DNA of 64,000 nt from Schizochytrium sp. TIO01 (taxonomy: Eukaryota; Protista; Bigyra: Labyrinthulomycetes). The notes under the pieces are model-generated. The model was not told where the DNA came from, did not search any database, and saw only the letters and a list, made by a program, of their open reading frames with translations. The position numbers and the translations under genes were made by a program. The stretch lies in NCBI GenBank assembly GCA_004764695.1, contig SMSO01000025.1, positions 2,914,001 through 2,978,000 on the forward strand, read 5' to 3'. Of this stretch, positions 26,140-38,400 are shown piece after piece. How positions within the stretch are numbered: the first letter of the stretch is position 1; every line of letters begins with the position of its first letter.

Positions 26140-26670
26140 GCAGAACGCTCTTAAAAAGAATAATAAAAGCGAAAAAAATTGCAGCATATCTATCTGCTCT
26201 TAAATGCAGCAGAGGATTCGTTAATCAGAGAGCTGCGACATTCTTCGGCCGTGGCTTCGGAAACACAGTTTCGAAATATGCGGAAGAGCCATAATACCTT
26301 CGAAATATGCGCAATCAATCAATCAATCGATCATCTCGAGTGGTCTGTCTGCACATGGCAACGCCCGATCTTGAGATCGCAACTCCTAATTTATCTGCGC
26401 TCCAGCTCGAGATTCCACAATCAGGCAACCAGTTCTGCACGTGCTCTTGAAATCGCCCTCTCTGTATTGGGATAACTTGGGATAAGCTTGCCAAGCTGAG
26501 ACTGACTGAGTCAATAAATGAGGACCCAACGATTCAAGATTCGCCAAATTAATTAACGGGAGCGCCTCTTCTTTGTAGGGGGCGGATCAACAGCCTCGTT
26601 TCTTCAAAGGCCTTTTGAAGACAAAGGGCGCTCTCAGATGACCATCGCAGGCTCCTACCTGCCAGCCAAA

Positions 26671-26700
26671 GCAAAGCAAAGCAAAGCAAAGCAAAGCAAA
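26671..26700. repeat. (GCAAA)6 microsatellite
   Basis: Read directly from sequence. Confidence 0.9.
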
Positions 26701-26980
26701 GCATCTCTTCGCAGATTTCCGACGGTTCGGGAGGACAGCCGAATGTCGGTACTGGATCAGTCTGACGCAGCGCCGGAGTTCCAAAGTGATTTTATGCGTC
26801 TGCTCTTGAAGAGCTCGAGGCAGTTGATCTTTCCACGCCATCGCGATTGCTTCGTGGGCAGGAGACGCAAAGGAATGCGCGATATCCATCATCACTATCA
26901 CTCACAAATATGACGGCTCTCCCAGAACCGCTACTAAGACCCTACCGGCCTTCCTAGGAGACCTGCGATAGGTGCATACA

Positions 26981-27004
26981 GACAGACAGACAGACAGACA
27001 GACA
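26981..27004. repeat. (GACA)6 microsatellite
   Basis: Read directly from sequence. Confidence 0.9.
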
Positions 27005-28141
27005 TACGTAACAGACTGATAGCAACTGAAGGGCTCTGGAGGAAGAAGGGGGAATTGAGAGAGAGACCCAAAGAGAAAGAAATGCGTGCGTACGCTCCCT
27101 CGTAGTGCTCGGTAGCTGGGCGCTAGGACTGCCAGGCGCTGCCTGTTTTAGAATATATCATGATATATGTATATATTTATTTATATAGATCCCTGTATCT
27201 ACGAAAGAGCGGCACGAGCTGCGCAAATCTACCTTCTCAGAGCTGCGTCAGGAGTGTGCGACGTTGTTATGTAAAGTAGTGAAAAGAGGCCCACGAGCGA
27301 AGGATTAGTCAAAGAAAAGCTCGTCAAGAGGAGGCGCTTTGAAGCACTTTTGGAGTAGATGCTGGTCAAGCCTTCGACGCGGTAGACTATTCTTATATAC
27401 TTCGACCTACTGCCTGTTATCTGCAGCGTGTCTTCTGCCAGGCCATATCACGAGAACATTTTTTTATTCGTTTAAAGTAATAATAATAAAAGTTAGTTTT
27501 TTTGTTGTTTTTAGTTTGAGTGCTTGAGTGATCGTTCCCAATCTACATAAACTTCTATGCAATTGGAATATTAATACAGGAATAATATGGAGAGCTGTCT
27601 TTTACGCAGGTCTCATCACCCCACAACTGATACATTGTGGAAGGACGCACCTTTCCGCGAGCAAGATGGGTGCGACGAGGGCCGCTTTCGCGTTCCACTG
27701 ACGAGCCTGAGGAGTCTCCCTTTACATTAAGCCAGATATCTGCAGAACACTAGGACTTCAAAATTACTTGCTGCGAGCAGCCCTCTGTCTCTTAGCCTCC
27801 ACTGACTCTGCATTACCTCACCCTTCGCTAGGGTGAACTAGGGGATTCAAACTTAGAAACTGTGTCATGTGGAGACAGAGCTGATTGGACTTGAGGGGAA
27901 ATACCTCAGAGGACCTAGAGAGGAAGGGCTTGAAACCCACACTCTGTGGGCCGTCTATGCGGTCTCGTTAGTAGGCAGCGGGCAAACGCCTTGTGAGGGC
28001 GCGAGCAGTCTGAGCCCAGTGGAGGCCTCGAAGGGGGACGAGACTGAACGAAGCAGTCCCCGAACCTGGAACCTGGGGAAGATGAACGATGATCGCAGAA
28101 AAAGAGAGAGTAGTGCTAAATGAAAATGAATAGATAGTCTT

Positions 28142-28301
28142 TTTGTTTGTTTGTTTGTTTGTTTGTTTGTTTGTTTGTTTGTTTGTTTGTTTGTTTGTTT
28201 GTTTGTTTGTTTGTTTGTTTGTTTGTTTGTTTGTTTGTTTGTTTGTTTGTTTGTTTGTTTGTTTGTTTGTTTGTTTGTTTGTTTGTTTGTTTGTTTGTTT
28301 G
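28142..28301. repeat. (TTTG)40 perfect microsatellite
   Basis: 160 bp uninterrupted tetranucleotide run. Confidence 0.95.
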
Positions 28302-28480
28302 TTGTTGAGATCAAGAACTCGAAGAACTTGAAAGTATCGATCACTGACTCGAGTGACGATGCCTCCTTCCCTTCAACAACTATGACAATCGAAGCTTTGA
28401 GTGATTTCGACAAAGAAGACTCGTGCTCGCTTTTCAGGCACGCAAGCAAGCAAGCAAGCAAGCAAGGAAGCAAATACACA

Positions 28481-28510
28481 GAAGAAGAAGAAGAAGAAGA
28501 AGAAGAAGAA
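28481..28510. repeat. (GAA)10 microsatellite
   Basis: Read directly from sequence. Confidence 0.9.
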
Positions 28511-30909
28511 GGGTCGAAGTGGAGGGAGGGAATAGGGGGAAGAAAGCGAAGAAGGCGCGTCCGTGGAGGATCCATCGTTGGCAGGCGTCGGAAACAACAG
28601 ACAGACAGAGACTTTTTCTCTCTTTCTCTCTTTCTCTCTTTCTCTCTTTCTCTCAGCCGATTCTGTTTTCGTGGATACATAAATGGGCGCTCAGGAGATA
28701 CTTTGGAACAGGAGAGGATGAAGAGAACGCTGATTCGACCCTTTTTGCACAAGTCTGAGCTCTGATTGGTAGGAAGATGCGCACATAGACAGAACGGTAC
28801 GGCATTGTGCAGAAACCCCTAATTAACAAACAAACAAACAAATAAATAAGCAAACAAATCAAACAAACAACAACTCGAGTTCCCCCCCTCCTGCTCGTTG
28901 CTCTTTCTTTGCATGAGTACATACGTGCAAAGTAAATAAAAATAAAATTAGAATGAAGCACTTTTCCAGCCTATTTTAAAAGCTTAATCTAAAGAGAAAA
29001 CTTGATGATAAAAGTAAGTTCTTTGGCTAAGCACTCTTTCTCCTCGAAAGATCTTCTTAGAAAAGGAAACACAAGTTTACTACTAATAGTAGTCAGCTAG
29101 GCTTTGAAGGAAGCGGTCGTTGGTTTTTAGAAAAAGAAAGGAAAGAGATGTGGATCTTTCCGCGATGGCGGAATTGAGGCCATTCTTGAAGCAAAAAGCA
29201 CAGAAAAGTAATCAAGAATCTTCAAGTTAGGCCTCGAACAAGCGAGTTGAAAGCAGAGCAGAGCAGACTCATAGACAGCGACAGAGACATGGCTGATAAG
29301 CTTGCGCCGCTGTGCCATGGCTTGGCTTGGCTTGGTTGGCTTGGCTTGGCTTCTCCCGAACTGGACAGACATAGACGCTACACGCCCCTTTCTGAGCAGA
29401 GGCTTTACTATTCAATTATCAGGTCATTTTCTTTTCTTTTCTTTAAAGATATTTTATATTTTATAAAAAATGGTAATGGTATTTAAATAAATAAATGAAC
29501 AAATAAGAAAACCTTCTTCTTCTTCTTCTCCCTCGCTCAAAGCGCAACCTTTCTTTTGAACCTTCGGATTCCTGTAAAAGACTGAGTGTTTTCGCTCTTT
29601 CTTTCGCCTTTCTTCCTGAGTGTAGCGTAGCTTTGATCATCGTAATGAGATCAGTGCCCTTTCGCTCTCTCTTGCACAAGCAGTCTCCCTGATCTACTAA
29701 GCAGTCAGTCAGTCAATCAATCAATTGGAATCACTTTTTCATTCCTGCTTTGGACTAATCGAAGATTCTTGGGTTCAAGGGGAAAAAAAATAATCTTTCA
29801 TTCATTCTTTTAAAATGCAACATTGATTGATTGCCAGATTAAGCCCAGAATTCTGAAGTCTTGAGCGCACGGGCCGCCAGGACTGGAGCGATAAGCGTGC
29901 TTAAAGCCCAGAAAGCATCGCTAAAGAGGGTGACTCGCCCCAATCACACCGAGAGAAGGAAACCTCCCAGCTACTCTGTAGAGAGGGAAAGAAAGGAGAT
30001 TAAAGGCCGAAACATTTTAAAGTTTATCATTTTAAAGAGGAGAAAGAGAAAAGAAACAGAACTAAGCACGGAAGAAGAAGAAGAAGAAGAAAGAAAAATT
30101 CAAGATTGATAGATAGATAGGGATAGAAATAACCCCGCTGGAATCTGCGGCAGAGTAATTTTGGAGGAAAAGCGCGATGTCTGCGAAGGATACACAGCAC
30201 TTGGAGCGAGTTTGGCTGACTCTTGATGGCGTGGGAGGGCTTAATTGGTGGGTATCTGGACGTAAGAAGGAGGTACTAGAGAAGAAGAAAATAAGGCTAT
30301 AGCTGCAGAGCGCAGAAAAGATATATATATATTATATATATATATAAATTTTTAACCATTCAACGAGGAAATGAAGTTCCTCGCATTTCCCCCTTACAAC
30401 TTTTCAAGAGAAAGGAATTCTTGAAGAGAATGTTATTATTATTTTTTTTGAAGAGAAGAAGGGAAATAAAGAATTGTGAACTTAAAAGGAAAACGAACTC
30501 ACTCAGGACTTTCTCTTCTCCTTTCCGTGTCTTCGGAGTACTTTGTCTGCGTACTTTCTTTCCTTGAAGAAGAGACATTCATAATTGCGGTGCAAGGCAA
30601 AGCAAAGGTGCACGCCGGGACAGCGGGGTGCTCTCAGAGGGGCCTTCATTTGGCTGCTGAGTTCATTCGAGCGGCTGCTTTCGCTGCTATCGTGGATAGA
30701 GAAGTATTTTCTCTTGAAACGAAATAAATGTTTTCTTATTTGTTTGGTTTTCTTTTGATTCAGAATCATTAAAGGGAAAGTTTTTGCACTGTAGGTAATA
30801 AATATCTTGGTAGAAAGAATGTAAAGTGAGTGAAGTAATGTAATGCAGTGTAATGCAGTGTAATGTAAAGTGGCGTCGTCGCTGCTGGCAAAAGAAGCAA
30901 AGCAAAGCA

Positions 30910-30925
30910 AAAGCAAACCTGCAAC
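30910..30925 (+). promoter_or_regulatory. Candidate cis-element AAAGCAAACCTGCAAC upstream of GS-B (identical copy at 2135-2150)
   Basis: Exact 16-mer ending 77 bp before the GS-B ATG. Confidence 0.4.
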
Positions 30926-31001
30926 CTAAAGCAAACCCCAAACAAAGAAGCAGCCGCAGCAGCAGCAGCAGCAGCAGTCACAGTCCGATTCACTAAGTAA
31001 G

Positions 31002-32057
31002 ATGCCCGACTACGTCCTCGCAGAGTACGTCTGGATTGACGCCTTCGGCGGCTACCGCTGCAAGACCAAGGTCGTGCACGGCAAGAAGACCGTCAAGCTC
31101 GCCGACCTCCCCTCGTGGAACTACGATGGATCCTCCACCGGCCAGGCCCCTGGTGAGGACTCCGAGGTGATTCTCGAGCCCCAGGCACTCTTTGCCGACC
31201 CCTTCCGCGGCGGCAACCACGTGCTCGTGCTCTGTGATACCTACACCCCCCAGGGCGAGCCCATCCCCACCAACACCCGTGCCCCTGCCAAGGCCATCTT
31301 CGACATGGACACTGAGCTTGAGCCGTGGTTCGGTATTGAGCAGGAGTACACCCTCTTCAAGGACGGCACTCCCCTCGGCTGGCCCAAGTCCAAGGCACGC
31401 GCCTTCGGTGGACCCACCGTGCAGCTCGGCTACCCCGGACCCCAGGGCCCCTACTACTGCGCTGCCGGTGCTGATGTTGCCTTCGGCCGTGAGATCATTG
31501 AGGAGCACCTCGCTGCCTGCCTCGAGGCCGGCATCAACGTCTCTGGCATCAACGCCGAGGTCATGCCTGGCCAGTGGGAGTACCAGGTCGGCCCCTGCGT
31601 TGGCATTGACGCCGGCGACCACCACCACATGTCTCGCTACATCCTCAACCGTGTGTGCGAGAAGTACGAGGTCATTGCCTCCCTCGACCCCAAGCCCGTT
31701 CCCGGTGACTGGAACGGTGCTGGCTGCCACACCAACTTCTCCACCAAGCCCATGCGTGAGGAGAAGGACGGATACGAGAACTACATCGTCCCTGCCATTG
31801 AGCGTCTTGGCGAGAAGCACGCCGAGCACATCGCCGCTTACGGTGAGGGCAACGAGCTCCGTCTCACCGGCGCTCACGAGACTGCCTCTATTGACAAATT
31901 CTCCTGGGGTGTCGCCAACCGTGGCGCCTCTGTCCGTGTCGGTAACCAGACCAAGGAGGAGGGACGTGGATACCTCGAGGACCGTCGCCCGGCGTCCAAC
32001 ATGGACCCGTACCGTGTGACCTCGATGATCTTCCACACCACCTCGATCGATGTGTAA
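31002..32057 (+). CDS. GLN1: Glutamine synthetase type II, paralogue B, 351 aa, probably the highly expressed copy
   Basis: Same GSII catalytic motifs ([57 protein letters not shown]); extreme C-ending codon bias. Confidence 0.98.
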   Translation: MPDYVLAEYVWIDAFGGYRCKTKVVHGKKTVKLADLPSWNYDGSSTGQAPGEDSEVILEPQALFADPFRGGNHVLVLCDTYTPQGEPIPTNTRAPAKAIFDMDTELEPWFGIEQEYTLFKDGTPLGWPKSKARAFGGPTVQLGYPGPQGPYYCAAGADVAFGREIIEEHLAACLEAGINVSGINAEVMPGQWEYQVGPCVGIDAGDHHHMSRYILNRVCEKYEVIASLDPKPVPGDWNGAGCHTNFSTKPMREEKDGYENYIVPAIERLGEKHAEHIAAYGEGNELRLTGAHETASIDKFSWGVANRGASVRVGNQTKEEGRGYLEDRRPASNMDPYRVTSMIFHTTSIDV

Positions 32058-35000
32058 ACCCCTTAATATTTCGTTCGCTGTGCAACTTTTACATAATCTT
32101 CCCTGTTTTTATCCTTTGTGATTCTCGCTCTTCTATTCTCATCCTTTGGTTTTCTTGTTTCATCATGCATCCCTTGGCATCACCTGATAGGCAGGATGTC
32201 TCAAGCTGATGCTCACCATCACTTATTGCGTTTGAAGACATCGTACCCGGATGTAAGCCCATAGGTCTGTGAATGCAATCGTTTTGTTCGTGCACTAAGA
32301 ACAACTCCATTGCAGTAGAGGTTCTGTGCCTGCTTCCTCGTAAGGCCTCTTTACACTGCTGCGAGCGAAGGTCTACAGGCGCTATAAGTGCTGTAAGAGT
32401 AGCAAGGGGGAAAATGTTATTCTTCCTGTTTGGCACCATCGGTGCCATATGATGGTGGGGTTGTTGTCGGCGCTACCTGGATTTGGGAGGGCTTGAAGGG
32501 CTCGAAGGTACTGGGCTAACTCGGGTAAAATTCATCTAAAACGTTCTTTTTATTAGTCTCGCTTCTTGAGACCGTACCTGGCCGTAAAGCTCTTGCTCGA
32601 GATCCATTTTGTGAGTTGTGCAGAGCAAGGAAGAGTATTTGAAAGCTTCTGTCAGAGCTAACAGCAAAACAAAATCAAAACTCGACCAGATCAAAACTCA
32701 AGGTATTCGAAGTGTCTCTTATTTTGGTACTACAGTTTATTTTTCTTATTAAGAAAATTTTATTCGGGGGTGCTTACATTAAATATTGATTTCTAAAGGG
32801 TTAATATGAGGTACGATTCAAGGTTCTCATCTTGAAAATGTAGATCGCAAAAGATCAAATTAGGAAGCACAAATTCAACATATACGAAGCCCGTCAATGA
32901 AAACGAATTTCTTGTACGTAATGAGGTCGGGTTGAATGTGTAGTTTGAAGGAATTCACGAGCACATACTTGTTGAGGTGATATCGTGCGGTTCAATCCAA
33001 AAAATAAACATCTTATGTTTCTTGCTGTTTTGCTATTTAAGTATGTTTTGTACGTGCAGTTGCCAGATGCAGACTTTTTGAGTGAAGTAAAGTCTTCGAA
33101 ATCTATTAAGGCAAAGGCTGGTCTTAATTGAAGTTCGAGTTAACTCATATCCTGCGTCCTAGAGCTCCTGAAGGAGATGTGATTGTTCTGCCAAGATGCG
33201 CTGAGGAGCATGATTGCTGCCAGTGCTAGCAGGCGTAATTGGAGCGTCTTGGAGCCAAAGACTAAAGAATCTTGCAGGTAGCCCATCTTCTCCTCTTTGA
33301 TAGTCAAAGTAAGTGTATTCATTTGGTACCTCTACCTGAGACCAATCTTGAGTTTTTTTAATTGAGCTGACCTGAAGTTAATTTCATAAGATTCTTGAGT
33401 TCCTTTTCATACTTCCCATAAAATTTCTCACCCAATGTGTAACCTTGAACACCCACTTCACAAGCCCGGCTTTGCGTTACTAGCGACATTGGCAGGATTA
33501 TAAAGGATTTCAGGATGCAGGGAAATGGCTTTGTTTACATGAGAACGCCAAAAAATATAGCTCGAACTCCTATCGCAGTAGATGTTTTAGAACTCAAGTT
33601 GTCACTGTCGTAGCTTTCTTTCACAGTCATAGTTGTTAGCATTTTGTTTATTTATTATAACAACCAGAGAAGTAGGTGGTATTGAAGTGGGGTTCAAGTA
33701 TTGAATTAATGACAGGGTCTAGTGCTTGTACACTCAATAAGAAGAAATAGAAACGATAGTGAAGTAAACAGACTACATCCTCAAAGCACTTCCTAAAGAG
33801 TCGGAGGATACAATTAAGTACACGAGTTCCTCGCGGGGACTTAGTCTATACAAGCCTGTCAAAGATGTGATGAAGAATACATGACCTCAAGCGCTCAGTG
33901 AAGAAGCAGAGTAGCCAATTGGGTAGACGAGCTCCACGAAGGTCCTCCGTCTATAAATGTCTACCGAAGGTTTGATGCTTGGTGCTCGAGGTTTGGTCTA
34001 TTCAAGTTTGGGTTTGCTAATTTGATTTTGTCCAAAAGACGCTGAATACGGCGTTCCTGTTAATTTACATAGCACATTAGTAAATGTATACAACTCAAAA
34101 ATTACATCGTTTTGAGAACGATTCGCAATTGCTCTAAAACCTCGCGTATACCAGTCACGGAACGATGCATTTTACAGTAACGAATATACTCTATTTGCTC
34201 TAAGATTTATTTTGAGAGATTGGATAAGAATTATCTGATTGTGTACGTGCATCTTTTGGTCATGGAGTAACTTGGATAGTCTTGCTGTCTAACTACCACT
34301 TAGCGATATCATTACTTATGAGAAATGGTACAAATTTGTCAATGAGAAATGGACAGGCCAGTCGAATACATAGTCTTTACAGCCTTCGAATTCATTCGAA
34401 CTTGAATGAGTGGGATTGAACACACCTTTGCTAGCGTTGTCTATGATGATATTGCTTAGAATCAAAAGTTGCGAAACGGACAAGCGGTTTACACGAATGG
34501 CTAAGTTCAGAGACAGATTCTAATGCTGATAGAATAATGATCGACATGTAAGGATTCGAGACAAGCTTACACAAGACAACAATTTCTATCGTTTGTGACT
34601 TTCTGAAACGCAAGTTTTCAATCCAGAAGACGGATCTCCTCTTTACGCTAATATTTTTGTCTGGTATGATAAATGACAAAAGGCTAGGTAGGTAGTGACA
34701 TGGGGACTTACTTCAAATAGATTTGAAACATGGAGAAACTACTTGTTAAACCTCTCACCTCTGAGAGGCCAAACTAGCAGTGAATGAACAGCTACTGGTT
34801 TGTTACAATAAACGATCTAAATGTAAAACAAGGTAGGTGATGTGGGACCTACTGACCATGTGCAGTATCAGACATCATCATGGAGAACCCAGCACGGCGA
34901 GCTGGCATAAATAGACCAGCGTCACATATCCGTAACAACTTGTTGGATGACCATTCTTCTTTGAAAAATGAATGACGAATAATTGCTTGTCGCTCTGCGA

Positions 35001-37248
35001 TGCATAGGCCGAATTCTTGACTAAGACATAACCAAAAATCACGCATTGTAGGAAACTTACTACGTGCGAGTTGTCCTTAGAATTACAAAACTAAAAAACA
35101 GAAACTGACTAGTACGTCGAATAGTCAAGGCTTGCCTTGCAGTAAGTTGCGTTTCTTTTATTCAATGAGGCACCTCCTCTATTTAAAAAGCTTTTTTCAG
35201 CTCGAGATGTCATCGAAGGTTGCTTGTTGGAGACGAGTGGACTGCTTCATATCTCTATGATGTGAAAGAAATCTGGATTAGCATAATGCAGACGATTATA
35301 AGTCACTATGTTCCCTAAATAGGCATGGATTCGCCGCAAGCCACTTGCAGCATGCATCAGTCAATACTAAGGTCCATGCGTTCCCATCTATGCGTTCCCA
35401 TCTAGGTGGCACCAGCGTGTCAATCAACTTTGTTCCATAGCTAATGATCGATCCTGAACGAATCGTGAACCCTGACCACCAGTCAATCAATCTTCCTAAC
35501 TCTTAGGCATTTTAAAATAAAGGAATTACAAATTGCTACCTAGGTACCTATGTGTGTCACTTCTCGCAGCAACGTAGTAGCATACTGCTAGCAGTGCAGT
35601 GCTTGCACGAGCCAAAAGTCAGTCCACCGATAGCACGTCTTTACCAAAAGGTAGAAAGTAGGTAGCACGACGACGACCTATTCTTCTCAGATCAGCGTGA
35701 AAAGCTGTTCAAAGAGAAGAGAAACACATTCGAAGAGACCGCTGCATTTCACATTTGTAATCTCTACTACTGCAACCAGGTAGCCCGTAACAGTGCACAA
35801 ATTTGCGAACTTGGCCTCCGTCGATTGACACTGCAAATCACTCGCAGCCACGGGAAGCTTCCACCTGTCCGAACATCAAACATGCCACTGCTAACCTACC
35901 TTCTTAACGCTTGAGAAGCTCTCGTGCCAAGCCGAAAGAGCGAAGGAGCTTGAGCGGCGGACGCCCCAGACTAGCCAGCGGCCCAACCCGCCCGAAGCCA
36001 CACAAATCCAGCCAAGTTCCCTCTTCAAGTCTTGGACCATCCGCATCCAACCATCCTGGCTCTCCAAGATGGCGCCCCGTTTCTCCTCTCCTATGGCTTA
36101 CGCTAGGACACCACTAAGACGGGGTCCCAGCTGCTACTGTCACCTCCTACCAGCGCAGCTACCGCAAACTATAAGGGGGCTGGGCTGGTAGGCGCACACT
36201 TAGGGGAATCTTTAGGCCCCGGCCCACAGAAGAAAAAGGGCCACAAAGAACTTGAAAGAAGAAGTCACGCGCGCAGAATACATGAATGAATGAATGAATG
36301 AATGAATGGATGAATTGAATTCACTGCGAAAGGCGAAGCGTCGTTGAGTAAGCCGCCCAACACGACACGCATAAGCTCAGTAAGCAGCTTGCAGGCGGGG
36401 AGGCGCGAGCTTCTCCATGCTGGTACGCAGAAGGAAACTCACTCAGGATGGCTTCGGGCGGGTGAATAATAACGACAGAACAAATAACAACAACTACAAC
36501 TGCAACTAAACTACAACAATGTGCGCTCTGTTGCAAATGAAATGTGCGTCATACAGGAAAGAGGCTAAAAACCGCCTGCCGTGGACACGCACTGAAGACC
36601 AAACTCGCGTTCTTCGCGCGTTTTGCAGCAGCTATAAATAAATAAATAAACAAACAAACAAACAAACAAATGAGTGAGGACTTCGCCACTGCTGGTCTCG
36701 TCAACATCAGTAGCGTCCATGAATGGCAGAAGGAGTTCTTGAACCAGCAAGCAAGCAAGCAAGCAAGCAAGCAACTATCTAAAAAGGCATCCATCGATCG
36801 ATTGATTTACACGGAATCGCTCACTCGCTCACTACCACATTCCACTATGTAGCATTAGCATGAGATTGCTCTGATGAGATGAGGTGAAAACGAACTTCTT
36901 TTCATGTCGGGATTCATTGGCCGTGGATGAAGAAACCCCTCGCGAAGACCACGCTCCGCACCGCAGACTGACGGCAGCGGCAGCGTGCGGCCTGACTGAC
37001 TGGCTGGCTGAGTTGGCAGCGAGGTCCATGTAATGAATGCTGCAGCGGAATAGATTTTGATAGACAGATCTTCGATCGATGCTCTCTCTATTAAGAACGA
37101 AAAGGGCACAATCCTCGAACGCGAGGCAGCCGAATTGCCGCGCGTGGATGCTCGCAGCTCGCTCGTTCTGGGAAGCGAGGCGGCCGCTCCGGAGGAACCG
37201 CGCTGACGAGGCCTCCCTCGTCCACTCGACGCGAGCTGCCCTCGGCGC

Positions 37249-37286
37249 GGAGCAGATTTGGAGCAGATTTGGAGCAGATTTGGAGC
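37249..37286. repeat. (GGAGCAGATTT)3.5 short tandem repeat upstream of MATE
   Basis: Read directly from sequence. Confidence 0.9.
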
Positions 37287-38400
37287 CGCAAGAGTCGCTT
37301 TGCTTTGCTCTGTTTGTCTGTTCTTGAGTGCGAGAAAAGACTTTTTAAAAAGAAAACAAAAAGAAGAAATGTCCATTCCTAAAGCAAACTTTCATCTCTT
37401 TACTTCCCCCTTCCCGAAAGCACCCCCACTGGCACATAAACCCCCTCCTAGACCCTCTTCTTGGCCCCTCTAGAACACCCCACAGCAGACCTGTTTTATC
37501 CATAGCTATGATAAAGGATAGCCATTGCTACCAGATCGATCTTTCCCCGAACGCTTATTTATCGACCGTCCCAACTCATAGTCGGCCAGTGGTGCGCAGT
37601 GGAGGCTGTGGGAGTATAGAGGGGATTCAATATTCCAGAGGTACCATGATGAGATGATGTAGTAAGATTTGATTATTTTTCTTAAATGATTTTTTGTTCA
37701 TGAGAGAAGCCATGAAGAATGCGAGAGAGACGGCAGCCAGATAAAATGAATAAAGAATGAGCACGTATTGCATGGTGGAGAGCCGCCTTAGTGTATTGTA
37801 TTGTGGTGTATTACATCGTATGTTGTATTGCACTGCAATGTAATGGAATGTAATATAATATAATGTGTCGCGATAATGTACCATACCCAATCAATCTATG
37901 TTTAAATGGGCTCGTCAACGTTGTTTGTAGCTATTGACACGTAGGAACCTTCTAAACTAGATAGCAAAAGAAAGGATTACTTTTATTACAACTTTTAAAT
38001 ATATCTTAAGAATAAGAATAATTAAACATTGTTGACCAATCTTGTCAAGGACAGTAACAACGCAAGCAAGCAAGCAGTGGCAGAGCGCCAATTGCTGATC
38101 GATCCTCGGTTCCCGCCGATCGATCGAGATCTGCGCTGCATAGAGACCGCGTTGACGGTCCGCGTGCGAGCGTAAGAACACTGCAGAGTGAGTCTGCTCA
38201 GCCCACCAGCGACCCCATCTCTGTGACGCTCAGATTCTGAGCTGCTTTGCTGCGCGTCAGGGAAGCGCTCCTCGTCTCGTGACTCGTGTCGTTGCCAAAG
38301 CCGGTGAAGGTCAGGCTTACTATAACACGGCTTGCATAGCTTGTGCTGTGGAGTATAGCGACTGGATCATTTGCATCTGTTAGCTGTCCAACCAATAATC

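Noticed and set aside
25397-26187. 244- and 143-aa ORFs in the GS spacer
   Set aside because: Low-complexity, no coding-like codon bias and no motifs
27955-28765. 265- and 204-aa ORFs with FVCL/TNKQ repeats
   Set aside because: Stop-free only because of (TTTG)n, (GAA)n and (CT)n microsatellites
30993-32036. 347-aa antisense ORF over GS-B
   Set aside because: Codon-bias shadow in register with the real gene
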